This document shows, piece by piece, positions 33,301 to 46,300 of a DNA stretch of 64,000 bases. The notes under the pieces are model-generated. The model was not told where the DNA came from. It ran no database searches and saw nothing but the letters and a program-made list of their open reading frames with translations. This stretch comes from Tubiluchus corallicola (taxonomy: Eukaryota > Animalia > Priapulida): the NCBI GenBank assembly GCA_030141605.1, contig JAQGDQ010000901.1, positions 1 through 64,000 of the forward strand, read 5' to 3'. The position numbers and the translations under genes were made by a program. The first letter of the stretch is position 1. The number at the start of each line of letters is the position of its first letter.

Positions 33301-36300
33301 TTTAAAGCCAAACTTTAGAAAAAGAAAATTATTGAAAGGAGGTGCACGGCATGTGTTTGAACCACTGACTTAGGAAGATGACATAACTGCTAGACTGCAG
33401 TGTTCCCTAGCAATTATGTCAGTGCAAAGTTCATCCGTTGTAGTTATAACTGGCCAGCCAGTTCAGCAGTTCCAAAGTTAGATAATTCATGCCAGAGTGT
33501 ACTGAAATGGCTGATTCTAACTATCTTTTTCACATTTCCTGTTTTCTGAAGTTTGGTATTGACTTTGAGTTATTTGTGGGTTTGTATCATCATTGTTTCT
33601 ATTCAGCCTTTGTCAGGTTGTTTCCTATGAGTCTCATGAAGGACTGGTCAATAGTAGTCATACTTATCTAGCTCTCAAATGAAATAAAGTGAAGTAAAAG
33701 CAAAAGTTCTGTTTGTTTTATTTTTGCTGTTTGGTGTCAAAGAATACAGGCAGGGTGATGTAAGTTAATTGCCTTTGAGCAATTCAGCATTTTATTTTAT
33801 TTTAGAGGAGGAAAGGGTTGATGTTTTAATCAATAATGCTGGAGTAATGCGCCTTCCAAAACGGGAACTCACGCTAGATGGTTTTGAACAGCATTTAGGT
33901 GTCAATTATTTAGGTAAAGTATAGACCCTAAATTAAGTTTTTGCTTAATTGTAACATGTACTATATCCAACTAATAATTAATTCTTTTAATTAGTTTTGC
34001 GAAAAGATCCAAATGGCAACACAATTTCTTTTAGATTCCATGAAGCATTTTGGCATTCTGCAAGTCAGGAATCAGGATCCAGCACTCATCAGTCCACTCA
34101 TCACTGATGGTTGTGGAAAGACAGGAAACTTAGCTGATTATCAAAGATAATCCACTTGAATGAGACACTGAACAAGCAGGGGTGTATTAGTATCTAATGA
34201 AAGATGCAGCACTAAATTGCATTGTTTGATCAATTTTTCTTTTGCAGGTCATTTTTATCTCACACAGTTGCTACTGGATAAGTTAAAAGACTCATCATCT
34301 GCTAATCAACGCAGTCGCATCATCAATGTCACATGCAAAAGTCATAGAGTAGGTAAAATAGACTTTGAGAACTTGAATTCGGAGCACAAGTATGACCCCG
34401 GGGAAGCCTATAATCAAAGCAAACTGGCTCTTGTATTATTTAGCATTGCTTTACACAAGCAATTAAAAGGTAATAATAAGTCAGTATGCATGTTTTATAA
34501 GCATATTTCTTTAATTGTTCATTTTTAAGTATGATTATTTAATTCTTTTTACCCATTTTATTTGAGGTTGCGAGGCACTGTTTCAATTTTTATTTGTAAA
34601 GTAGAAAGCAAATGCAATCACTTTTAAAGATTATTATTATATAGATAGCTAATTAATCTGGATCTTGGACTTGAATTGTTAATGCCCCCATCCTCTATAA
34701 TTGATGTAGACTGTGTCGTGCTGACAAAAGGTATAACAGTAGAATACACTTTAAACATATTGATATAGAAGTTTCCACAGAAATATAGGTAAAATGATGT
34801 CTGCATATAATGTCTTGTAAAAGCCAACTGGTAGTACAGAATACATGTATAACAAAACTACAGCAACTGTTCACTATTAGGTTAAGCCTATTTTTTGAAT
34901 AGGTAACACATAGATAGAAGCCATGTTTACTACAGTAATGACGGTTTTACAGGTTATTAATCTAATTGCAAATTAAATGTATTTTTTATGATTTTCGGTC
35001 GTTCACAACGACAGGCTGATATTAAGTATTTGAGAGTATTGAAGTGATTACTGATTGCAGCCTGTTGCTGCATACCTTGATATTATGTAGTATGAATCAC
35101 ACGGTGCTCTACCCCTTCACAGGTTGAAAATCTTACAATAGTGAACTCACAGTTATGTAGTGGCTTTTTGTGTATGCATTGTATGCCCTCTAATTTAAAA
35201 ACAAATTACCATGTGAAAAGCACTTGTAAATCTTTCTGATAATTAACTGTTGTGGCTAATATTTATTAACATTTTATGTTAAAATTGTATTTTAACATCG
35301 GTTAACTATTTATGTTTTATGAAGCCATCACACTGTGCAGTGACATGGCTGTTTGCATTCACGGTTGTCCAATGTGGAAGCACTCACATTACAATTTCAT
35401 ACAGGGCGCTTGAAGGTGTGGCTTAATAGAAACTTGTCCAATCACAATTAGTGACTGCATTGTTTTTTCCCGGGCCTGTTCGCTTGAGAAACGCCGAAGT
35501 TCATTCAACTTGAGTTTTCACTGCCCAACTACACGTGAATGTCTACGTGCATGATGTGGTTTGTTTGAGCCATTGTGTAATACATACTGTAGTTGATCGA
35601 GTTCTGTAGCTGCCGCAGAGTGCTAGATCATAATTGACGTGGTGTTTACGGTTTTTGCCAATTACTGTATTGTTCAGATTTTTCATTGCATTATTTTCAG
35701 TTTTCAGTGCGTCAGTATTTTTATTGCTTTAATATAGTCATTCAATCCTAGCGATTTTAGCGCAGTGTTAATGCAGCAGGTTATATCAAGTCATGCAAAA
35801 TAGTTGTTGGATTCTATCCCGACTACTTTAATCAACATTGAATCATCTGGGTATTAAATTAACAATATTACTCATTTACTGTGGAGTTCTTAAAAAGACG
35901 ATACATGGATTTTGGCTACAAGTAAGTCTAGCTATTAGTAAATCTAGAGTTGGACTTCAGTATGGGAGAAGTATATGTGTGGTAAACATTTGTTTCACAT
36001 GAATCATGTCATTTACTTTTTTTTACAGATCAACTTACAGTTCTTGTAATTAGCTAGGATATATGGGTTAGCTTTATAACAATGTACGGTGATATATGCG
36101 ATAGACTGCATCATTGAAATAAAGCCTGTCTTTTGGTGTGACACAATTTTCGAATTATACTAAGAAAAATTTGATCGGTCAGGCACCCTATCTATTAAGT
36201 GAGATTTTACTGATAACCTCCCTTTCTCCCGATTTTCCGCCAACTGTTACCACAACATAAACATAGCGTAATATGTTATGTAAATACAGTGAGATAGAAT

Positions 36301-39300
36301 CTCCCTTTGCAGGAAGTAAAATCACTCATTGACTTTGCTAGACAAGTCGAAAAAAAATTTCTGGAATGCATCAGATAGCACAGAGAGTGTGGTGTGCCAC
36401 TGCACTTAGCTGCTCTAATGCAATGCAGCAGACTAGGCTATATTCTGTGATTCATGCAAGGCTTTGGGCTTATGAAGCCACAAAGTTTGGGAACCTTCAT
36501 TTATGGCTTCTGATAAAAGACAACCAAGTCTTAATAAATTTTTAGTGCTACGGCAACCAAATATTAGATATGTTATGACACATGAGCAATATTTTTACTG
36601 AAAGGTTTACAGCAATCTTGTAACTTATTTGCACATTCGAACAAAAAGCCAGAAAGATCTTCCTAAGTATCTAGGAAAGATACATTACAAATGTATAATT
36701 GTAATGATGATAAAATATGTAAATTCAGGAACCTTTTCCTTTCCAAGTTAGAATTCCAGGTTTGGTTGTATTACTTTGTGTTTCAACATTACCAATAAAT
36801 CAATTTTGTGTGATTTTCAGGCTTTGTATGACTAAGTTGGTGAATTTACATGAACTAATTGCTGAGTGCAGAATTTAAAACCTTTAAAGAGACAGTTTAT
36901 TAACATATGAATAGCTTAACATTTTCCTAAGATGATAATGAATAAAAATTGTGTTTATTTTAATTTATTTAAATTTTATTTTAACACATTAAATAGAGTG
37001 TATTTATTTAATTGGGTTAGTTATAGTTCTTGGCTCTGTTCTCAGTACATTCCTGGATGTTTTCTTCCACTGTGTGTAAATTTCTGTCAATAGATAAGCC
37101 TAGTTAGTTTAGAGGTCACTTATCTATCTCTAATGTAAACAGCTATTATTATTATTTTGCTGCACGTGTTACTGTAGAAATGTCATTTATTTGAATGTAT
37201 TAATTGTAGCAAGATTTTAGGGAACGTTGACCAACAGTTATTTATCTCTGCTCATCTCTAATTTTTTATCACATAATAATACCACATCAGTAGTGTTTTA
37301 TCTGTACCAGAATTGTTGTTTTGGTAAATATTGGTTTGCTATATTAATATAGTAGGTAAAAACTTGATTGTACAATACTTTCTCAAATATTTTAGATAGA
37401 CTCTGAATGACAGAAAAGGATTGAGACCTGAACTTTGTTGATTCATTTGTAGGGCCGCTGAATTTCAAATAGCTACAATGAGTACAATCTATAGTAACAT
37501 TAGCTACAAAAGTTAGTGATAAATTTACCTAAAAACAGACTTATTATAACTGCATTTTTCATGTTTCAAGTTTGCGCACCAGAATTTATTTCTCATTTAA
37601 GGCCTCCAAAACACCCTTAAATGGAGGAAAATGCATTGGTTTACCCGCCCCATTGGAGAGGTTACAGTCACCCAGACCGCATTTTTCATGTTTCAAGTTT
37701 GTACACCAGAATTTATATCTCACTATATACCTCCAAAACACTCCTAATTGGAGGAAAATGCATTGGTGTACCGTAGGAGAGGTTACAGTGCTCATGCAGA
37801 CTGCCTAGCTGCTTGCATACGTTGTTCCACAGTCCACGAGTTATGTTCATTTGATTGCAGATGCTGGCGTAAACGTGTACACAGTTGATCCAGGTCAAAC
37901 TCGATCTAACCTAGGACGACATTTAGACATGCGCACTTTCTTCTTATCTCGGTAAAAAATTAAAACTTTAAAAATTTTATCTTCACTTTAATTGTCTCTT
38001 GCTTTTGTAGACTGAGCTGCAAAGTATTTAGTTATCTTTAGTGTTAAAGCTTATGGAAGAGGTAAAGATTGTGTGAAATTTGTATACGACTGTATTAGTA
38101 ACTTGCTTTACTGTGCAGGTGGCTTGTGGAGCCAGCTCTAAAGTTTTTCCAGAAATCACCAATCCAAGCTAGTCGTACAACAACATATGCGGCAGTAGGA
38201 GCGGATCTCGAGAAGAAAGGAGGGACGTATATTTTGTGAGTTCTATCTGGCTTTCTACGTCTCAGTTTATTCAAAACTACGTCTCAGTTTATTCAAAATA
38301 AATATTTACTCGACTTAAATAACTTATAATTTAAGGATACAAGCAACTAAGTTTACTAACAAAGTGACTGTGGCAAATCTCCTGCCATTAATGTTAGTAT
38401 GAAGATGAAATTCTTGTGTGCGTTACACTGTATCAGCCGGCAACCTGAAAACAAAAAAGGTGCTGCTACATTTTGGGTGAAACTCATAATTATAATTGCA
38501 AAACTATGTTACGGGAAGTTGTGCATGCTAGTAAGTACATAGTAAAGTGGCCAACATTTATTTTTCTAACAAGCTTGGAGCTCTAACCAAGCTAGGTAAC
38601 AGAACATTTTTTGAATTTTTTTAACGTTAACCTTTAAGAGATCATAATTAGTAGGTATTAATATGTCTGTGTGTTAATAATTTATAAGCACCTCTGTTTT
38701 CTGCAGTAATCTTTGCTAGGTAAAAAGACCCAGTTATAATTGACATTCACTAGTTCATTTCCTTGTCTTTTGTTGCACCACTTTTGATAATTTGGCTGAT
38801 CCAGTACTGGCACTCATCGAATTTTGTGTTCAAAAGTAAGGATATTTAGCCAATCAAGTCAGATGGTTTGTTCAAAGAAAATTGTCACAAAGTATCGAAA
38901 TGGGACAATAATTATTAGTCATAGTTCTATCACCAGATTTGAATAAAGATATTACTGCAGTCTTCTTAAGATAGTCAGGTACAACACCAGAAGATTTTTA
39001 TTAATTAGTATTATTAATTATTAATGAAGTATTTTTAAGTGAGGGAATGGGAACAACACACAATGAATAATATTATCAGATACAACTTTAGAGGAAAATT
39101 TAAAAGCATTTGTACTTCTACTAGAATGTCATCAGGAGAAACGGGCTGGAAAAAGAAAGAATTACTGTAGTTATCATTATCTACCGTTTTATGGTAGCGC
39201 TGATGGCCAGCCCTTTGTAGCTGTTGATTGTATCCCACTGCAACTGTCGATTTATATTGTTGGCAAAATCTAAACTGATTTGAAATTGTTATGGAAAGGA

Positions 39301-39710
39301 TATAAAATTAACTAACTAGAATTCAGAAATTCAAAATGAATGACAAATACACAAGAACAGCGTCTTTTGATTTGCAGTAGCTTGTGTATACAAAAAATAG
39401 CCTCTATCCAACAGCTTTAAAACATGTGCACTACTATGTAAACTATATATTTTTTGCTCTGAACCTACCTATGAATTTTATGACTTATTTTCATTTATGG
39501 TACTAACATTGCAAACAAGTAGGAACACAGTGTCATTGCAGTACTCTCATATCTTTTCTTTCCTGTTACAGTCGCTGCGATGTTATAGAACCGGTTAATG
39601 TTGATAGCATGAGAAAGAAAGGAAAAGAAGCAAACCAGTTATGGCTTGTCAGTGAGAAGTGGATAGCATCGGGCTTAACTGAGCCTCAGCCATTGGTCAA
39701 AAAAGAGTGA
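30394..39710 (+). CDS. RDH13: Retinol dehydrogenase 13-like SDR (346 aa); exons 30394-30479, 32500-32621, 32719-32874, 33806-33913, 34248-34469, 37861-37951, 38119-38235, 39572-39710
   Basis: All introns are GT-AG and in phase (1041 nt). N-terminus [18 protein letters not shown] resembles RDH13. Motifs [25 protein letters not shown] (YxxxK), VDPG, LWLVSE. Confidence 0.88.
30830..31050 (-). mobile_element. PIF/Harbinger transposase N-terminal fragment (intronic)
   Basis: [35 protein letters not shown] matches the HARBI1-like N-terminal pattern (R..WVR.WL..G.Y..L..EL...F.NY.RM). Truncated, with an upstream stop. Confidence 0.6.
32431..32526 (+). repeat. 48-bp tandem duplication spanning a splice acceptor
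   Basis: AAGCTTCATTGTCTATTTC(G/A)GAGATATA..CATTGTTGGTC(T/C)GCCATT occurs twice. Confidence 0.9.
37552..37790. repeat. ~127-bp tandem duplication (intronic)
   Basis: GCATTTTTCATGTTTCAAGTTTG...GGAGGAAAATGCATTGGT starts at 37552 and again at 37679. Confidence 0.8.
38780..39190 (-). mobile_element. CR1/L2-like LINE RT fragment (intronic)
   Basis: The minus strand reads [13 protein letters not shown]... then [34 protein letters not shown], typical of RT domains 0-2. Degraded. Confidence 0.65.
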
Positions 39711-40308
39711 TGCAAAGACACTATTAGGAAATTTTAGTTAAATGGGTCGTGAGGTCAGAATGTGGCAGCATGTTTTATATATTTACATTACGTTCATATT
39801 TGCACGATTTTTTGTTATAAAATGCTTAAGAGAAACCTCCTTTGTTTTAATACCAATTTTGTCTTGTAATTCTCGATGATGCCCTGTACTCACCACTACT
39901 CAAAAATATTGTTCTTCGGTAATCTTTAGAACATTTAAAGATCTTTCAAACAAGAGAACAATCCGCCTAACCTGAACAATATATTAGTCATCATAGAAAT
40001 TATGCGTAAAAGTTAGGCATTATATATAAATTTACAAAATCAGTTTTGGAATTTTTAATGTATGTATATATGTGTAATGTACAATAGAGTAAAAATTATA
40101 GCAAATAAGTTGCCTTTACTATTGAACTAAGCTGTACATAGGTATTATATTGAAATGTATATACACATCACTTTCTCTGGTTTAAGCACAATTTATGCAC
40201 ATAAGCTACAATTCACGAGTTGTGAAAATATTGTAGAAGCTTGGGATCTTTGCTGTATTAGTAAGCTTTCACAGTCCTCATTGTGCAGCACTTACGGGTG
40301 CTGTTGAT

Positions 40309-43300
40309 TCATTCGCTTTTTCCTAGGCCAACCATTTTCATACTGATAGCCCAAAGTTTTTTAGCCACTTCATCGTCCTTGGCTTGGTCTGCAGGTTCTT
40401 TCTCTACACAATCACTGTAATTGACAATGCAAATATTAGCAATTAAGCACATGTTAACAAAGGCAAATGTTATATCAACTCTGTAGTAAATCACAGTTCA
40501 TTACTGGTGGTAACACGTTTAGTTATCTTATGCTGAAACTGTAAAGAGATAAAGAGAAAGGACTCAATACCTCAGAAATACAGTGACATGTGTGCAGTGA
40601 AATAGCTTAAGTTTAGTTTGGCTTTTGAACTGCACAAAGCAGTCTGCAAAAGTGTTAGTCATGAATAAAAAAGTTGACTGAACCAAAAAGAGTGCTGATG
40701 TCTCCAATTTGCTTTTGGGAATTGTATATAAAAACTGAATTACTGTCATAATACGTGCAGAATGTTTGATCCTCTGTACCAGTTGATTATATTGCAGAAA
40801 AAAGCAAAAACTGGTGTTATATTTTCAATTTCTTTAGGATTTATTTAGAATAAACAGACATGTTAATGTGTACAAAAATAATAAAGGGTGTCCACTGTGC
40901 ACAAAGTCCTTAGACAATTCAATTTTTTTTTAAATTACAACTGAAGCTAGATACTGCTGGAAATGTTTGCAGAAAATCAGGTGAATGGCAAAGTTTTTGT
41001 TCAATTAGAGTATTCTCTCAGAGTATCAAGATAAATATCCATGTTATTGTCTTTTCGGAAAAGAAAATTATCCAATAACTCTGATACATAACAATACGCA
41101 TCACACTCAACCTTTCTACTGTCACATTCGATTTCCCTAGCAACGTGGGGTTTTCACATCCTAAAGACTGGCATTATGCCTGTTAATCTTTCCAGTCACA
41201 TGAAAAGTTGCGTCATCGCTAAAGCAAATCATGGTTGGGGAAGAGACCGTCATTTCCATTTTTTCCCAGAATGTTAAGCGCACATTCCTTTCGTGTTGGT
41301 TTATCATCCGGTTTGAGTGCGTGAATTAATTGAATTTTTATGCATAAAGTCTTAGATTCCTATGGACGACTTTGCGAATTATTGACCTTGGTACTTGCAG
41401 TTGAATGGAAGCAGTACGGATGGAGTTTGTTGGGCTATGAAAAAATGAATTATGGATACGTTCAATGTCTTCATCAGATGTTGCACACATTCCTTTCTTA
41501 TTGGTTTATCATCCAGTTTGAGGGCGTGAATTAATTGAATTTTTATGCATAAAGTCTTAGATTCTTATGGACGACTTTGCAAATTATTGACCTTGGTACT
41601 TGCAGTTGAATGGAAGTAGTACGGATGGAGTTTTTTGGGCTATGAAAAAATGAATTATGGATACGTTCAATGTCTTCATCAGATGTTCTTGGCCTTCCAC
41701 TCCTCAGTTTATATAGCACCATTCCCGTTTCCAAAAATTGCCTATGCCAGTTGCGAATTGACTGACGTGCTGGAGCCTGTTTTCCATATTCAGTTGTGTA
41801 ATTTCTCTGTGTTTGAATGTCAGATTTTGTGTCGATAAACCAAGAAATGCAGTGTGCTTTTTCTTGTGGAGTAGTCATCTCAAAGAAGGGTTATAAAGAA
41901 ATCAATAAATCTCTCCCTTTCACTTCTTCTTTGAAACAAAAACAGGGCATTAATAAAAACTTTAGCAATGACTCAATATTATATAAAAAGAAATATTTTG
42001 TTTGCACCTTTCTAACTAATGCTGCAATTTTTTAAAATTGTTTAAAGACTTTGTGAACACCCTGTATAAACCGAACACTAACAGCTGCTTATTAGAAGTT
42101 ATTGTTACCCTCTTGGTAATTTAAATGATACACTATACATTATTGTACTTTTCAACTATGTCAATTTGGAAAAAAAAGTGTTGCAGAGTTTACCGAGGAA
42201 TCCCTTTGAAAATACCTGTAGAATGCATGTACCTTTTCTCTACACCTTTTTTTCTACATCAGTCACGTAATGCAAAGCACATAAGATGGAACAAAAAATG
42301 CACCTGAAATACTTGCCACTGATGTCAGCAATTTCATCGGCGATGGCACAAGTGACGGGTGTGTTCATGCCGTCCTTAGCCGTTTTCATGAACAACCATA
42401 CGAAGGGAAATGTTGTGTACGAAAGAAATGAACTCGACCGCAGAGGCATGTGTCGCAGTAGGTTCGTATTACACACACCCGGATGACAGGAATTTGCTAC
42501 AACATTGGTGCCTGGAAAAGTAAACAGGTATGAAGAAAGTGATGAAAAAGCCACAATTATTGTATACTATACAATGTACCTAGGCCTAAAACACAACTCG
42601 TTTAGTTTTGGTATTTCCTCTTTGTTGGCTATAAGTTGACCAAAATCTTGGATGAAAAAATGTTGAAGAACAAGGAGACTTACGAATGCCAAATCTTATT
42701 AAACTCAAGTGCGTACCATTATTAATACGTTAATTACTTTATAGTAATTGTTTCGGTCGCACCTTCTAGTTTTTTAGCCAATTCTCTTGTGAAGAGAATT
42801 AACGCTAGTTTGCTCTGAGTGTAAGCTTCTCTTGGAACATATTCCTGTTCTGCACTGAGGTTGTCAAAGTCAATTCTTCCGGCACCATGAGCGCGACATG
42901 AGACATTCACAATTCGTCCATCAGAACTCTCTTTGAGCAGATCTAAGAGCAAGTGTGTGAGAAGGAATGCACCTAGATGTACAAAATTTTAAATCTAGTT
43001 AGGTGTGTATACCAAATTTAAAAACAAGACTTTAGTTACAACCTTTGGTATTAGGTATTAAGCCTTTTTAGGCCTAATACCAAAAGAGGGTATTATTGTT
43101 GAAATAAGATGCAAAACTAGAACACAATATCACCTTAAAATACGTCATGTTATACGTAATCAACATTCATTAAAAAAAGAAAAAATGGCCATTGCGTTAA
43201 CAAGTACTAATGACGGGGACTTTTGGTCTGAAGCCAGAAAGCTTAGACAGTCTAATAAAAGGGTTGTAAGTAATATTGATGGCAATATTAACCCTCAAGA

Positions 43301-46300
43301 CAAGGTTTTGCAAAATGATTTCAACGAATTGAATAATAGTGTTGGTGTTACCTACAATGACTTGAATAGTCTCTATGGTGGTATGAAAAATTGGATGTAA
43401 CTGTTAAGGAAATGTTGTTGGCCATTTCAAAATTGAAGCGTGGTAAAAGTGATGGTACAATAGGTCTAGATAGTAATCACATAATAGATGGAACTATTGC
43501 CCTATTTGTACACTTAACTTTTATGTTTAATGCAATGCTGAATAATAGCTATTGTCCACGGATTTTATGCAATACTGTCATTAACCTAAGTGTCAAAAAT
43601 CCTCATGTCACACACTGCGAAGTCACATTATTGAGGCGTTTCACTCGTATCCTGCATCTTTAAACTCCTTGACTGGACATTACTAAACAGGTTTAATGAT
43701 GACCTTGCCACACCTGAACTCCAATTTACATACAAGAAAAACTTCTCTACTGACCTGTGCAATTTTGTGCTAAAAGACACTGCAAATGCCCATCTTGATA
43801 AAAACACACCAGTTTACTGTTGTTTAATTTGCTTTTCTAAAGCTTTTGATCGTGTAAATATATTAACACTTTTTAAGAAACATGAAAAACTGTGTTCTTT
43901 ACCTAAGTCTGTTTTTGTCCTTATGCTAAATGGATATCTAAATCAGCGCATACGTGTTATGTGGAACAAAACAAAATTATTCGTCTTTTCTGCCACCAAT
44001 GGAGTAAAACAAGGCAGCCTTCTCTCAGGTGTATTATCTGCAATGTATGTTAATGATCTTATAATCTTTCTAAAAGATGCCGAATTTGGATGCCATTTAA
44101 TAATCGTGTCTTGTCGCTTCCAAAAAATTCTCACATTAGCATGACGCATTGCATTGCTGAAATTAAACCTTTTTTTAACCTAGCAGTGAAATGGCCGCAA
44201 ACTTTGTATAGAAAGATTAATAAATCTGCAATCAGCCTACTTCGTACTATATACATTCTAAATCAATATTCGAGTATAACTACCCTTGGTAAAAATCGTA
44301 TTTTCTCTAGTGCAATGATTTGTGAAAATGAACATTATAGTGATCCTGACATTGTTTCTTATGTATTATATTGGACTGCTCGTAATGAATTTCTCATTCC
44401 CGGCTTTACAAATGAAGAAATAATATTAATGTTACTAACCATTTTAACTAACTGAATGTAAATATTACTTATATCTTGTTATTGTTACATATTAAGATCT
44501 TATGCTTCCTTTGACCTAATTGTGCATGTAAATTATAAGTGCGAATAAACATAACAAATATTAATATTTTCTTCGCAGATAAAGAATTTGTTTTAAAACA
44601 CAGGTTTATGAGAGAGACTGCAAGAGAAGAGAAAACGCAAGCGAAGTGAAGAAAAAAGAGGGCATAAAAAAGGACGGAAGCCAAATAAAATTCAGTTTAG
44701 GGAAGGGGATCACGAAATCAAGAGAAGACACATGGAGACGGAGTGACAGAGAGAGGAGGATAAAAGCAAGGAATGTTTTTAGGTACACAATCTGAATGTC
44801 TGTGTTTTTGAGCAAATTTCAAGAACTTTCAAATGTGAAAGAAACATTAAGAGCTACTATGCTAATGGCACGGTGTGCTCAGTCAATTTAGCACTGATGC
44901 ACTGTTCATAATTTGTTGAATTACATTATATTTACTCAAAAGTTACTTGAACAAGTGTTGAAAAATGAAACCAAACAGAGCAGCTGCGCTGACAGGAAGT
45001 AAATAATGACAAGAGAACTAAAAATAGTGAACTTACTGAGGTAGTTGACTTGCCACTGTTCTTCAAATCCATCTGTTGTTCTAGTCAGCTCAGGGTTCAT
45101 CATAATGCCAGCATTGTTGATTAATATATCGACCTTATCCTCCTCTGCAAGTAACATTTAAAGAAAAATCATCAGTCAATTTCAGAATTGCACTGCTTAC
45201 ATTACAAGAATAAACATTACTTTCGTAAGGAAAGAAATGGCAATAAGCAAATTGAATTTTTACGGTGGGGGAAGCACTTTGTGGTGTTTAGTGGCATTTA
45301 TTACAGGAAGGATGGCGAGTTAAATGTGCATATTGATTTAATATAAGCTATATTCAATTCATATGTGAGGTGCCTACTTAATGCAGGGGCTGCAATCTAG
45401 CTCATTTTGAAAGTACATCCTCTAAAATTACTAAACCAGCAGAAATTTTCTGGTCCGGAATGCCAAATGAAACAGCCCCAAAATCACCCATCCATTTAAA
45501 GGGAATGCTTGGCATTGCTTAACTTTGGTTATTACGCGCACACAGTACCACAACACCCCTATTATCTTTACTCAAAGTCTTATACAGATATGGTTCTCAC
45601 AAAAGTATAATTATATTGCTATATTTCAACTTGACTTGCCTTTATGAATTTCCTCAGAAAATTTGTGAACCGAATCAAAGCTTGATAAATCCAGATATTT
45701 AAACAAAATGTCTTTGTTTTTCGTCTGTTTCTTAATTTCGTCAGCTGCAGCTTTGCCTTCCATTTTGTCGCGACATGCTAATATTATCCTTCCATCTAAA
45801 ACAACATTTTGGAAGAAAAGTTAATAAAATACCAATATTAAATGGTAAAAAACCATATGATAAAAACTGAGTCAATTATATATGCTTTAGTCTGTTAGCT
45901 TCATCTTCAAGTCAGAGTTTAGTTTCAATAAAAACGAATGCATTTGTTAATCACTGTTGCTTTGAGAGCTAGAGTTGTTTAAAATGTGCTTCTTATTATG
46001 AGCAATTTATATTCGGGTAGCTTAGAGAAACTTTGCCTAATTTGAAACTTAATAATTCAGCATGTCACATCCTGTGCTGTTGCAATTTGGCATTCAGTAA
46101 GAGTTCAGTAATGGAATGACTGATATCACTATAAAGTTGAAAAGAAGTTATAAAAAATGGCCAAACCATGAGAAACTGCTTTTAATTTTGAACAAAAACA
46201 GGCATCTACTGTTGCTATCAGTCGCAGTTCTGGCAACCCATTAATGGTTAATCAATGGGATAGGTATCACGACTTAATGAACTTCATTGACCTTTCATTT

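Noticed and set aside
35316-36518. Weak inverted match TTTTATGAAGCCAT / ATGGCTTCTGATAAAA
   Set aside because: Short, gapped and AT-rich; could be chance.
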